From the IMG/VR virus record IMGVR_UViG_3300046333_000120: 64,000 nt of DNA, one strand, 5' to 3'. The notes beneath the pieces are model-generated. The model did not search any database. It saw only the letters and a program-made list of their open reading frames with translations, and was not told where the DNA came from. This DNA is from a virus. Below are positions 27,285 through 36,748 of the stretch, piece by piece; the stretch's first letter is position 1, and each line of letters starts with the position of its first letter. Position numbers and translations under genes: made by a program.

Positions 27285-28910
27285 ATGGAATATGAAAAGA
27301 ATTACTGGCTTAATGAAGACAGTAGAACATTTTTATCTAGAGGTTATATTAAAGAATCTCCAGAACAGCGAATTAAAGATGTAGCAAACACAGCAGAAAG
27401 ACAATTAAAAATTGAAGGGTTTGCAAAAAAGTTTGAGGACTATATGACAAGAGGTTTTTATAGTTTATCAACTCCAGTTTGGATTAATTATGGAAAAGAT
27501 AAAGGACTTCCAGTAAGTTGTTATGGTAGCAATGTCGATGATACTTTAGATAGTATCTTAAATGGAAGTAGAGAAATTGGAATGATGTCAAAATATGGAG
27601 GAGGAACTTCCGTATTTTTAGGAAACATCAGAGCAAGAGGAACTAAAATCTCAACGGGAGGAACTGCAGATGGACCAGTCCACTATGCTAGAATGTATGA
27701 TACTACTGTTGATGTATGTAAACAATCAGAAGCAAGAAGAGGAGCATGTGCAGCATGGTTACCTATTGAACATAATGATATTTTAGAATTTTTAGATATG
27801 GGTTCAGACGGAAATCCAATTCAAAATTTACAATATGGAGTTACTGTAACTGATCAATGGTTAGACGAAATGAAAGCGGGAGATGCTGATAAACGTAAAG
27901 TTTGGGCTAAAGTAATTCAAAGACGTAATGAGTTTGGTTTTCCATACATTATGTTTAAAGATAATTCAAACAACAATTCACCGTATAAAGAATTAGGACT
28001 TGAAATTACAGCAAGTAATCTTTGTTCAGAGATTCAATTACCAACGGATTCATTTAATTCATTTGTATGTTGTTTAGGTTCTATTAACCTATTACATTGG
28101 GATGAAATTAAAGAAACAGATGCAATCGAAACTTATGTTTTATTTTTAAATGCAGTAATGGATGAGTTCATTAAGAAATCATATAATATGCCAGGAATGA
28201 AACGAGCACATCGTTTTGCAGAACAACATAGAGCATTGGGACTTGGAGTATTAGGTTACCATTCATTGTTCCAATCTAAATTAATTACATTTGATTCATT
28301 ACAGGCTAAGGCAATCAATCGCGATTTTTTTTCAACACTAAAAGAAAGAAGTGACGCAGCATCTAAATGGCTGCATGATGAAAAAGGTTACCGTTCAATT
28401 AGACCAGGATATGCAAATACTACATTAGTAGCGATTGCACCAACAAAAAGTAGTTCATTTATTCTAGGACAGGTAAGTATGGGAATTGAGCCAATTAAAT
28501 CTAACTATTTTATTAAAGATTTAGCAAAATCAAAAACTATTTACAAAAATCCTTTCTTAATTGAAGAACTTGAAAAATATGGTTTAAATACACCAGATGT
28601 TTGGGAAGGAATCTTAAAAAGAGATGGTAGTGTTCAACATTTAGATTTTCCAACAAAAGAAGTTTTTAAATCATTTGTTGAAATCAGTCCAAAGGAAATA
28701 GTATTACAAGCGGCTCAAAGGCAACATTTTATTGACCAATCACAGTCATTAAATTTAATGATACATCCTTCAGTTTCAGCCAAAGATATTAATACATTGT
28801 ATCTATATGCACATGAGGAAGGAGTTAAAACATTATACTACCAATTTAGCCAAAGTTCAGCCCAATCATTTGCAAGAGATATTTTAGATTGTGCAAGTTG
28901 TGAGGCATAA
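27285..28910 (+). CDS. nrdA: ribonucleotide reductase class I alpha subunit (no ATP cone)
   Basis: PVSCY, SKYGGGT, RRGA, SNLCSEI, IAPTKSSS and KTLYY motifs; C-terminal CASCE. Confidence 0.92.
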   Translation: MEYEKNYWLNEDSRTFLSRGYIKESPEQRIKDVANTAERQLKIEGFAKKFEDYMTRGFYSLSTPVWINYGKDKGLPVSCYGSNVDDTLDSILNGSREIGMMSKYGGGTSVFLGNIRARGTKISTGGTADGPVHYARMYDTTVDVCKQSEARRGACAAWLPIEHNDILEFLDMGSDGNPIQNLQYGVTVTDQWLDEMKAGDADKRKVWAKVIQRRNEFGFPYIMFKDNSNNNSPYKELGLEITASNLCSEIQLPTDSFNSFVCCLGSINLLHWDEIKETDAIETYVLFLNAVMDEFIKKSYNMPGMKRAHRFAEQHRALGLGVLGYHSLFQSKLITFDSLQAKAINRDFFSTLKERSDAASKWLHDEKGYRSIRPGYANTTLVAIAPTKSSSFILGQVSMGIEPIKSNYFIKDLAKSKTIYKNPFLIEELEKYGLNTPDVWEGILKRDGSVQHLDFPTKEVFKSFVEISPKEIVLQAAQRQHFIDQSQSLNLMIHPSVSAKDINTLYLYAHEEGVKTLYYQFSQSSAQSFARDILDCASCEA

Positions 28911-28969
28911 GGAACCGGCAATCTGAAATACGATTGCATTTTAGGACCGGGACTAGTTCACGGAGGTGT

Positions 28970-29001
28970 AAAGCAGGGAATTCGCTACTCCCTGCTTTTT
29001 T
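28970..29001 (+). terminator. intrinsic terminator after nrdA
   Basis: AAAGCAGGGA-ATTCGCTAC-TCCCTGCTTT followed by a T-run. Confidence 0.8.
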
Positions 29002-29103
29002 ATTTGTAAAAAAAAGATATATAATAAAAATAATCAATAAAATATTTTCATATATCAAATAAAATGATTATTATATTTATATAAACAAAATAAAACAAAA
29101 ATT

Positions 29104-29960
29104 ATGAAACACATTCAATTATTTGAACAATTTGTTAATGAGGCAAAATTAACCAAAAAAGTCCAGGATACGCAGAAGCGTTAGAAACTATTAAAACTAA
29201 AGATGCTTTAGAAAATTTCTTTTTAAAAAATAAGAAGAAGATGGAATCTCTTCCAATGGAACAATTCACAAAACCATCGACAACCTCCGAGTTAGCACCG
29301 AAAGTACTTCCAGAATTAATGAACCATTTACAAGGAAAATTAAAAAATAGTATTGTTGACATGGACAACGGCGATATCAAAGTTAGTTCGCCAGAAGTCA
29401 ATACTAATCAATATTACAATACTAAATTTCCATGTATTTTGTTGGGGTATCGTCATAACGATTTTTATCCGATGGTAGGTCAAGTATCACCGGATCATAA
29501 TGGTTATTGGAAACAATATACTAAAAATATTGTCATAAAAACGGAAATTGAGACAGATAAATTAAATCGATGGTCTTCCAAAGGTGAGTCGATATTGCAT
29601 GCTTCAAATACTAATGCAATCATTGATTTTTTAATTAGTTCTTCCACATTTAGTAATCTTTTACAAAAACACGTAAATGCTTGTACTGCTTATATAAAGG
29701 CAGTAAATGCTTATGAAGTTCCAGATAAAGAAAAACTAAAATTAGAAGCTGAAGAGGTAATATCTGAATTCGCATGGGAAGTATCTAACCAAATTGAAAA
29801 AGCTAATCAACATGATAAACACTTTAAATCTTCTAAATTTTCAGAGGAAAAAATGGAAAAATACTTTAAAAGTATGACTAAAGGATGGACATCTGAAGAA
29901 ATTATATCAAATCTTACAGATTATAATTGGAGAGTTCATACGTATGAATTAGGTTTATAA
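29104..29960 (+). pseudogene. frameshifted putative internal head protein (targeting leader out of frame with the body)
   Basis: ATG 29104 encodes MKHIQLFEQFVNEAKLTKK and stops at 29184. The -1 frame is open from 29142 to 29960. An A6 run lies at 29155-29160. Confidence 0.6.
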
Positions 29961-30001
29961 CCACACATGATAGAATCGAAGGACCGACTCATAATAGTTT
30001 C

Positions 30002-30028
30002 AACCTGTCAGTAATGGCAGGTTTTTTT
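30002..30028 (+). terminator. intrinsic terminator
   Basis: AACCTGTCA-GTAA-TGGCAGGTT followed by a T-run. Confidence 0.8.
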
Positions 30029-30087
30029 ATGAAACAAAACCTCTATTTTCATTATAATATCTAAATAATCAAATTTAAATAAAAAAT

Positions 30088-30849
30088 ATGAAAATTAAAA
30101 TTGACAAAGTAGATCAAAACAATTTCATTGGTTTTGTGAACAGACTTAAAGTAATAGATACCTTTATCTATTTTAAAATTAAAGATGGAGTAGTACAGGC
30201 TTCTGCATATCTTCCACAACGTGATGCAGTTAAACATCACAGGGTTCCGGTTTCACATGTATTCCAATTAGAAGAAGGAACTATGGAAGCTGCAGGTTCT
30301 AAGGAATTAAAAATTGCATTTTTTGATGCGTCTAGGTTAACAGACGCCTTTAAACAATTTGAATTTGGTAATGTTCGCGCTGAAATAGAATTCGTAGAAA
30401 ATGAAGAAGATTTTGTTGCAACTGAATTTAGAGTTTTTAACGAAGAACTTGAAATTAAATTATCATGTTCAGAGCCATCATTAGGTTATAAAGATCTTAC
30501 TGATTCTCAAATTGCTGCAATCTTTAATGTAGAGTCAGCGAACTATGTATTTGATATGGACTACACTGCAATTTCTAAAGTACGTTCATTATTTGGATTG
30601 GATAAAGAAGAAACATTCTCAATTACAACAAGTAAGGATGGAGTTAGAATGAAAGGAAAAACATATAACTATTTAGTTACTGATGGATTCGAAGGAACTA
30701 ATGGTACTGATGTAACTCTTTTCAAAAAATATCTAAACCTTTTAGATAAAGAAGATTATTCGGCAAACGTAATGGACAATCGTGTTGTTTTACGTTCTAA
30801 AGATTCTGAAACACTTTTAACAATCGCTACTTGCCAAACTGCTGAATAA
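30088..30849 (+). CDS. probable sliding clamp (gp45-like)
   Basis: 253 aa, acidic, alternating beta/alpha pattern, directly upstream of the polymerase C-subunit; no diagnostic motif. Confidence 0.5.
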   Translation: MKIKIDKVDQNNFIGFVNRLKVIDTFIYFKIKDGVVQASAYLPQRDAVKHHRVPVSHVFQLEEGTMEAAGSKELKIAFFDASRLTDAFKQFEFGNVRAEIEFVENEEDFVATEFRVFNEELEIKLSCSEPSLGYKDLTDSQIAAIFNVESANYVFDMDYTAISKVRSLFGLDKEETFSITTSKDGVRMKGKTYNYLVTDGFEGTNGTDVTLFKKYLNLLDKEDYSANVMDNRVVLRSKDSETLLTIATCQTAE

Positions 30850-30852
30850 TAT

Positions 30853-32049
30853 ATGACAATAGATGAATTAATACTAAAGCCAGAGAGTGATCTGACACAG
30901 GAAGAGATTAAAATCTTGGTAGAGCATTATTCAACGTTGTCTGCCAAATATACTGCATATGAGCAGGCGGTTAAGGTAATGCTTAACTCAATCTATGGAG
31001 CATTTGGTAATAAATGGTTTCACTTTTTCAATATAGATATCGCAGAATCTATTACCCTACAGGGTCAATCTGCGATTCTATATTCTGAAAAGATTCTTAA
31101 TAAGTATTTTCAAGAATTCTGGCATAAAGATACTGCAGTACATGAATTTCTTAATATCCAAGTAAAGAATAAAATAGTAAGACCATCTGTTGTTTATATC
31201 GATACCGATTCATGTTATGTACAATTTGAAGAAATGTATGAATCTATTGAGTGGTTAGAAACTAAACTAACAATTGATGATTTCATTATGAAAATATACA
31301 ACTTCAGACTTAAAGAGTATATTTTTAAATGCATGGAAAAATATGCAGCAGCAACAAATACTGAGAATTTCCTTACATTTGAACTTGAAACCATAGCATA
31401 CTCAGGTATTTGGTTAGCCAAGAAAAAGTATTTACAAAACATTGCATGGGAAGATAAAATAGGAATTGATGAAAGATATCCATCTCTTAAAAAGATTAAA
31501 ACAATCGGGTATGACACAATTCAAAGTTCTACTCCTGCAATTGCGCGCAAACACTTAACAGAAGCATTAAAATTAATTCTTTCAGAAAAACCGACAGCAT
31601 CTTTGTTAAAAAGACTTGTTGATTATTTAAAACAATGTAAGAAGGAATTTCAATTAGCAAGTGTTGATGAAATATGCTTTAATAAGAGAACAAATAATAT
31701 TGAAAAATATATCGTAGATGATACAATAGAATTCCAGTATGGTCTTAAGTGTCCTCCTAATGTAAAGGCTGCAGGGTTTTATAACTTCTTAATGAATACT
31801 AATCCAAAGTATAAAAACAAGTACAAAATGATTGGTAATGGTGAGAAGTTAAAATTGTATCACTGTAAACATAATGTTTGTGAAATATTTGCATATCAAC
31901 CAGGCGCACATCCTTATGAAATAGCTCCTCCGATAGATTATGAATTGCAATTTGAAAAAAGTGTAATAGATCCATTAAACAGAGTATTAGTTGCAGTAGG
32001 GTTACATTCATTAAATAGAAACTTAATTTATTCAACATCATTATTTTAA
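30853..32049 (+). CDS. family B DNA polymerase, C-terminal subunit (motifs B and C, thumb; gp43B-like)
   Basis: KVMLNSIYGAFG, YIDTDSCY and KKKY motifs; C-terminal SLF clamp-binding-like end. Confidence 0.9.
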   Translation: MTIDELILKPESDLTQEEIKILVEHYSTLSAKYTAYEQAVKVMLNSIYGAFGNKWFHFFNIDIAESITLQGQSAILYSEKILNKYFQEFWHKDTAVHEFLNIQVKNKIVRPSVVYIDTDSCYVQFEEMYESIEWLETKLTIDDFIMKIYNFRLKEYIFKCMEKYAAATNTENFLTFELETIAYSGIWLAKKKYLQNIAWEDKIGIDERYPSLKKIKTIGYDTIQSSTPAIARKHLTEALKLILSEKPTASLLKRLVDYLKQCKKEFQLASVDEICFNKRTNNIEKYIVDDTIEFQYGLKCPPNVKAAGFYNFLMNTNPKYKNKYKMIGNGEKLKLYHCKHNVCEIFAYQPGAHPYEIAPPIDYELQFEKSVIDPLNRVLVAVGLHSLNRNLIYSTSLF

Positions 32050-32050
32050 T

Positions 32051-32242
32051 ATGAAAATAACACAGGAACATATTGTTAACTTGGTAAAACAAAATCCAAA
32101 TGACGCAGTCCTAGGATCTGCAGTAAGAGAACTCGTACTTAAATCTCAAAATACAAATGAGATTCAGATAGATCCCCAACAAATAAGTTTATTAGATTCT
32201 ATTAATGAAGTAACAAATAGTGGAGATGGATATAAATATTAG
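32051..32242 (+). CDS. hypothetical protein (63 aa)
   Basis: Tightly packed ORF in the operon; contains PNDAVLGSAVR. Confidence 0.55.
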   Translation: MKITQEHIVNLVKQNPNDAVLGSAVRELVLKSQNTNEIQIDPQQISLLDSINEVTNSGDGYKY

Positions 32243-32417
32243 TAAATTAACAGATGAGCAACTATCAATGGTAGGATCTTATAAAAGAATCAATCAACGA
32301 CTTGAAACTTTACAAAAACAAATGACCATAATTCAGTATGAGGCGCAAGGTCTTATAGAAGAGTTAGAGGATTTACGAAAAAAAGAAAATAAAACAATTA
32401 ACGATGGCAAAAAATAA
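32220..32417 (+). CDS. hypothetical coiled-coil protein
   Basis: Fills the gap before uvsX; heptad pattern. Confidence 0.5.
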   Translation: MEMDINISKLTDEQLSMVGSYKRINQRLETLQKQMTIIQYEAQGLIEELEDLRKKENKTINDGKK

Positions 32418-33513
32418 CTTTACGTTTGACGATTTAAATAAAGAATTAGCAAGTTTAAATCCACTTGGTTCTGTAATGGACCAATCTAATTTCTCAGAAG
32501 TTACGGAATGGATTCACACTGGCAATTACCACTTAAATGCATGTGTTAGTGGTTCTCTTTTTAGAGGTTGGCCAAATAATAGATCTTGTTCAGTTGCAGG
32601 TCCTTCTGGAACTGGAAAGACTTTCCTTACTCTTAACTCAGTAAGAGAAGCAATCAATATGGGTTACATGGTAATCTATTATGATTCAGAAGCTGCAGTA
32701 GATAAAGAGCAAATGGTCAAATTTGGAATTGATACTTCTAAAGTAAATTACCAACCTGTAAATACTGTACAAGATTTTAGAACATCAATTACAACAATTA
32801 CACAAAAGATGCAAGATATTAAACGTAAAGGTGGTGAAATTCCAAAACTTATGATTATCTTGGATTCTGCAGGTAACTTAGCAACACAAAAAGAAATTGA
32901 TGATGCTGCAACCGGATCTGATAAAGCGGATATGACTCGTTCTAAAATTCTTAAATCAATCTTTAGAATTATAATGACTCCATTGGCTGATTTAAAGATT
33001 CCATTTATCTTTACAAACCACACATACCAATCTCAATCTTTTATTCCACAACAAATCGCAGGCGGTGGAACAGGACCAGAGTATGCTGCTTCAATCGTTC
33101 TTATGTTAGGTAAGGCACAATTAAAGGATGGAGCTGATAAGGTTGGAATTATTGTAACTGCAAAACCAAGTAAAAACCGTTTTGCAAAACCAACTCCAAT
33201 TAAATTCCACCTTGATTTTAGTAAAGGTATGAATCCATATGTTGGATTAGAATTATATGCGACATGGGATATTTGTGGAATTACACGAGGTTCTATTGAA
33301 AAAGGAGTTAAAGTTCCAAAGGCAACTGCAAGAGGTTGGATCTGCGAGCATCTTGATGATGTAGTTTCCAATGGCGAATTCTTTACTGAAAAGGTATTTA
33401 CCAAAGAAGTACTTGAAAGAATTGATGCGTATATTCAACCAATCTTTAATTATAATTCAGATGCAGGTGGATTAGATATTGAAGAAATGTTAGAAAATTC
33501 AATGGAAGACTAA
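32404..33513 (+). CDS. uvsX: RecA-like recombinase UvsX
   Basis: GPSGTGKT, YYDSE, ILDSAGNL, TNHTY, GGGTGPEY and KNRF motifs. Confidence 0.9.
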   Translation: MAKNNFTFDDLNKELASLNPLGSVMDQSNFSEVTEWIHTGNYHLNACVSGSLFRGWPNNRSCSVAGPSGTGKTFLTLNSVREAINMGYMVIYYDSEAAVDKEQMVKFGIDTSKVNYQPVNTVQDFRTSITTITQKMQDIKRKGGEIPKLMIILDSAGNLATQKEIDDAATGSDKADMTRSKILKSIFRIIMTPLADLKIPFIFTNHTYQSQSFIPQQIAGGGTGPEYAASIVLMLGKAQLKDGADKVGIIVTAKPSKNRFAKPTPIKFHLDFSKGMNPYVGLELYATWDICGITRGSIEKGVKVPKATARGWICEHLDDVVSNGEFFTEKVFTKEVLERIDAYIQPIFNYNSDAGGLDIEEMLENSMED

Positions 33514-33514
33514 T

Positions 33515-33826
33515 ATGGAGTTAAATCTTTTTAAAATTAACGAAGATAAACTACCTATAAAATATGTACTAGGCATCCAGGAAGAACTTGAAACCTTTCC
33601 GGATGCCTTTGACATTGTACATATTTATATTGTAGAAAATATCAATAGGCCAACTAGACCACAGACTGGATTTTCAAAGGCATCTTTATTAAAATATCAT
33701 GCAAAAGATAATATCGAAAATACTGAAAAAGGAATAAATCAGGCAATTAATTTGGGTTTAATAGAACAAACCAAATTTGAAGAAGGTAAGGAAACATATA
33801 CTATAAAGATTAATCCATTCCAATAA
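33515..33826 (+). CDS. hypothetical protein, possible winged helix
   Basis: C-terminal LGLIEQ...ETYTI wing-like pattern. Confidence 0.5.
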   Translation: MELNLFKINEDKLPIKYVLGIQEELETFPDAFDIVHIYIVENINRPTRPQTGFSKASLLKYHAKDNIENTEKGINQAINLGLIEQTKFEEGKETYTIKINPFQ

Positions 33827-33871
33827 AACTAATTCATATATTTTAATATAATTAGTATAAAAACAAACTAA

Positions 33872-35185
33872 ATGAAATTCGGACAAGATTTTGAAAAAAT
33901 ATTCTTTAAGTTATCTTTGGCAAAACCAAAATACTTAGAAAAAATACATAAAGGATTTTACACATCTGAGGAAATAGATACAATGCATTTTTTAGCTACT
34001 AAGTTTCATGAAAAATTTCATGAATCACCAAAGGCTGAACAAATGAAAATTCTTGTACAAAGCCCTAAATTTAAAGGTAAGGTAGAAGATTCAATCATAG
34101 AATTGGTTTACAATACAGATCTGACACAGTATGATGATGAGTGGTTAATATCAACAGCAGAGGCTTGGATTAAATGGAGAACATTTGATAACACCCTGAT
34201 TGATACAATCGAATATATTAAAACTACTGATGTTAATCCGGATAATGTAGAGTCAATTATTACTAAGGTTAAAACCTTAATTAATGATAGAAACTCCATC
34301 GTATTTAACTCAGATATTGGTTTGGATTTCTTTAATCCAGATGACCACTATCAAGAAGGTAGAGTAAAGATTTCCACAGGATATTCATTCCTTGATAGAT
34401 TACTTTCAGGTGGATATGATAAAGATGGTTCATTAGTAGTTTATGTTGGAGAACAAAATATTGGTAAGTCAATTTATTTAGCAAATGACGCTGCAAATTT
34501 TGTTAAGATGGGAGTTAATACTGCGTTTGTTTCTGCAGAGATGGCAGCTCATAAAGTTTTAAAAAGAATTGGTGCAAATATGTTGACAATTCCAATGAGT
34601 GAATATGAAACTAAAGCAAAAAACAAAGAGTTAATTAAAAGAAAACTTGAAAATGTTGGTGATGGATTAACTCCACCTGGACAATTATTCGTAAAACAAT
34701 TTCCAACATCTCAAGCGACTGTATTAGATATTGAAGCATATTTAAAACAAATTGAAGAGGAAAGAAAAATTAAGCTAGGATGTATTGTAATTGATTATAT
34801 TAACATCTTATCAAATTATAGAAATCCAAACTCTGAAAATATGTACCTTAAAATCAAGCAAATTGCTGAAGATTTAAGAGCGATGGGAGTACGTAATGGA
34901 TGGTTAATAGTAACAGCAACCCAGATTAATAGAAATGGTTATAATTCAAGTGATATCGGGATGGGAGATGTTGCAGAATCCGCTGGACTTTCACATACTG
35001 CTGATTTAATGCTCGGAATTATTCAAGATGATTTAATGAGAGCCTCTAATGAATACTGGCTTAAAGTATTAAAAATTAGAGATGGAGAAGGAAAAGGAGT
35101 TAAATGTAAATTAGACATAAATTATAATTACATGAGACTTACAGAAACAGATGACGTAACAAATTCAAATATACACAATTTATAA
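33872..35185 (+). CDS. replicative DnaB-like helicase, T4 gp41-like
   Basis: GEQNIGKS, SAEM, VIDYINI, TATQINR, AESAGL and KIRDG motifs. Confidence 0.9.
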   Translation: MKFGQDFEKIFFKLSLAKPKYLEKIHKGFYTSEEIDTMHFLATKFHEKFHESPKAEQMKILVQSPKFKGKVEDSIIELVYNTDLTQYDDEWLISTAEAWIKWRTFDNTLIDTIEYIKTTDVNPDNVESIITKVKTLINDRNSIVFNSDIGLDFFNPDDHYQEGRVKISTGYSFLDRLLSGGYDKDGSLVVYVGEQNIGKSIYLANDAANFVKMGVNTAFVSAEMAAHKVLKRIGANMLTIPMSEYETKAKNKELIKRKLENVGDGLTPPGQLFVKQFPTSQATVLDIEAYLKQIEEERKIKLGCIVIDYINILSNYRNPNSENMYLKIKQIAEDLRAMGVRNGWLIVTATQINRNGYNSSDIGMGDVAESAGLSHTADLMLGIIQDDLMRASNEYWLKVLKIRDGEGKGVKCKLDINYNYMRLTETDDVTNSNIHNL

Positions 35186-35628
35186 TGAGAACACAAAGAG
35201 ATAAAATATTCGACAATACATTCGAAGATAGCGAGTTTGAAATGGATCCTACCTTCTCATTTGCAATTGCACCTAGTTATGCAGACAATAGAGATGAAGA
35301 GGATAAAATAGAAACAAGTATTATTATATCAAAAATACATGAGCTTATAGAAGCTTCTAGGTTTAAGAAGTTTAATAATATTAATGAATTTGAACAAACT
35401 GTAAAACTAAAAAAGATTGAAATTAATGAAATCTATGAATATCTTTCGGATGAACTTAGGCCTAATCATTCAATCATTGAAATATTCTCGGAAGTATGTG
35501 ATTATTTCAATATAAATCCAACCAAGTTCTATCAATCTCTTGGAAATAAATTCAAAGAAGAATTAATTGAAACACTTGATAGAAAAACAAACATTCTTAA
35601 GAAAAAGAATATAAATAGATTATTCTAA
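35185..35628 (+). CDS. hypothetical protein, possibly a gp33-like late transcription co-activator
   Basis: C-terminal IIEIFSEVCDYFNINPTKFYQSLGNKFKEEL resembles the gp33 helical pattern; weak similarity. Confidence 0.4.
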   Translation: MRTQRDKIFDNTFEDSEFEMDPTFSFAIAPSYADNRDEEDKIETSIIISKIHELIEASRFKKFNNINEFEQTVKLKKIEINEIYEYLSDELRPNHSIIEIFSEVCDYFNINPTKFYQSLGNKFKEELIETLDRKTNILKKKNINRLF

Positions 35629-35632
35629 CAGT

Positions 35633-36745
35633 ATGATTGATAATGCAATTTTAGATAAACCCGTAAAAAGAATATGGATTCTTGGAGACATGCACTTAGG
35701 TGTTAGGTCTAATTCATTGGAGTGGTTAGAAATGCAGAAAGATTTCTACGATAATCAATTTATTCCAACACTTCTTGAAAACTACGAAGATGGAGATATT
35801 TTAGTTCAAGTCGGAGATGCATTCGATAATAGACAAAGTATTAATATTAAAGTACTTCATTATTCGGTAGATCTTTTTGAAAGACTTGGTAAAATATTGC
35901 CAACCCACGTAATTTGCGGAAATCATGATATTTGGGCAAAGAAGAGTAATGAAGTAAGTTCTATTGATGCATTAAAATGGATTCCTAATGTTCAAATTTA
36001 TAAGGAACCAAGGACATTTAATTGGGGTGGTAGAGAAATATTATTAATGCCATGGAGAAGAGATACTCCACATGAAGTTGAAACTTTACAAGAATATCCA
36101 AAGGCAGAAATTGTATTTTGCCATTCAGAGGTTAGAGGTATTAAATTAAATAGCAAAGTAGATAATCATCACGGTACTGATTCAGAATCATATGATAGAT
36201 TTATTGCAGTTTATTCAGGACATATTCATTATAGACAACGCAGAGGAAAACTTAGAATGGTAGGAACTCCATATGAATTAACTCGATCCGATATGGATAA
36301 TATAAAAGGATTTGACCTGGTTAATTTAGAGGACATGCAAGAAACTTTCTTTGAAAATAGCATATCTCCTAAGTTTGTTAGATTTAATTTAACACAGTTA
36401 TATAATGTGCCTCTAGGGGAGTTTAAAGAAAAGATTAGAAATAATTATGTAGATCTTTATGTTCCATCTAATATCGCAACAACATCTGCGTTATCTAGGC
36501 TTATAAATAAAATACAAAAAATAAGTAGAAAAATAGATCCAAACATATATGAGCAAGATTCGTATATTGACGGTGAAATGTATGATATGGAGCAAATTGA
36601 AGATCTTTATAAGAACTATAATATTTTGCATCTCTGTAATATTTATGTGGATAGTTTATCGCATGATGAAAATACAAAGACACAAATAAAGGATAGATTA
36701 AAGAAACTTCATGACTTTCATGCATATAATAATCAAACAGATTAA
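35633..36745 (+). CDS. Mre11/SbcD-like nuclease, T4 gp47-like
   Basis: GDMHLG, GDAFD, GNHD and SGHIH metallophosphoesterase motifs. Confidence 0.9.
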   Translation: MIDNAILDKPVKRIWILGDMHLGVRSNSLEWLEMQKDFYDNQFIPTLLENYEDGDILVQVGDAFDNRQSINIKVLHYSVDLFERLGKILPTHVICGNHDIWAKKSNEVSSIDALKWIPNVQIYKEPRTFNWGGREILLMPWRRDTPHEVETLQEYPKAEIVFCHSEVRGIKLNSKVDNHHGTDSESYDRFIAVYSGHIHYRQRRGKLRMVGTPYELTRSDMDNIKGFDLVNLEDMQETFFENSISPKFVRFNLTQLYNVPLGEFKEKIRNNYVDLYVPSNIATTSALSRLINKIQKISRKIDPNIYEQDSYIDGEMYDMEQIEDLYKNYNILHLCNIYVDSLSHDENTKTQIKDRLKKLHDFHAYNNQTD

Positions 36746-36748
36746 TTT

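Noticed and set aside
25348-30852. Intron or split intein explaining the divided polymerase
   Set aside because: The interval contains complete independent genes and terminators; there are no intein Cys/His-Asn termini and no group I core elements.
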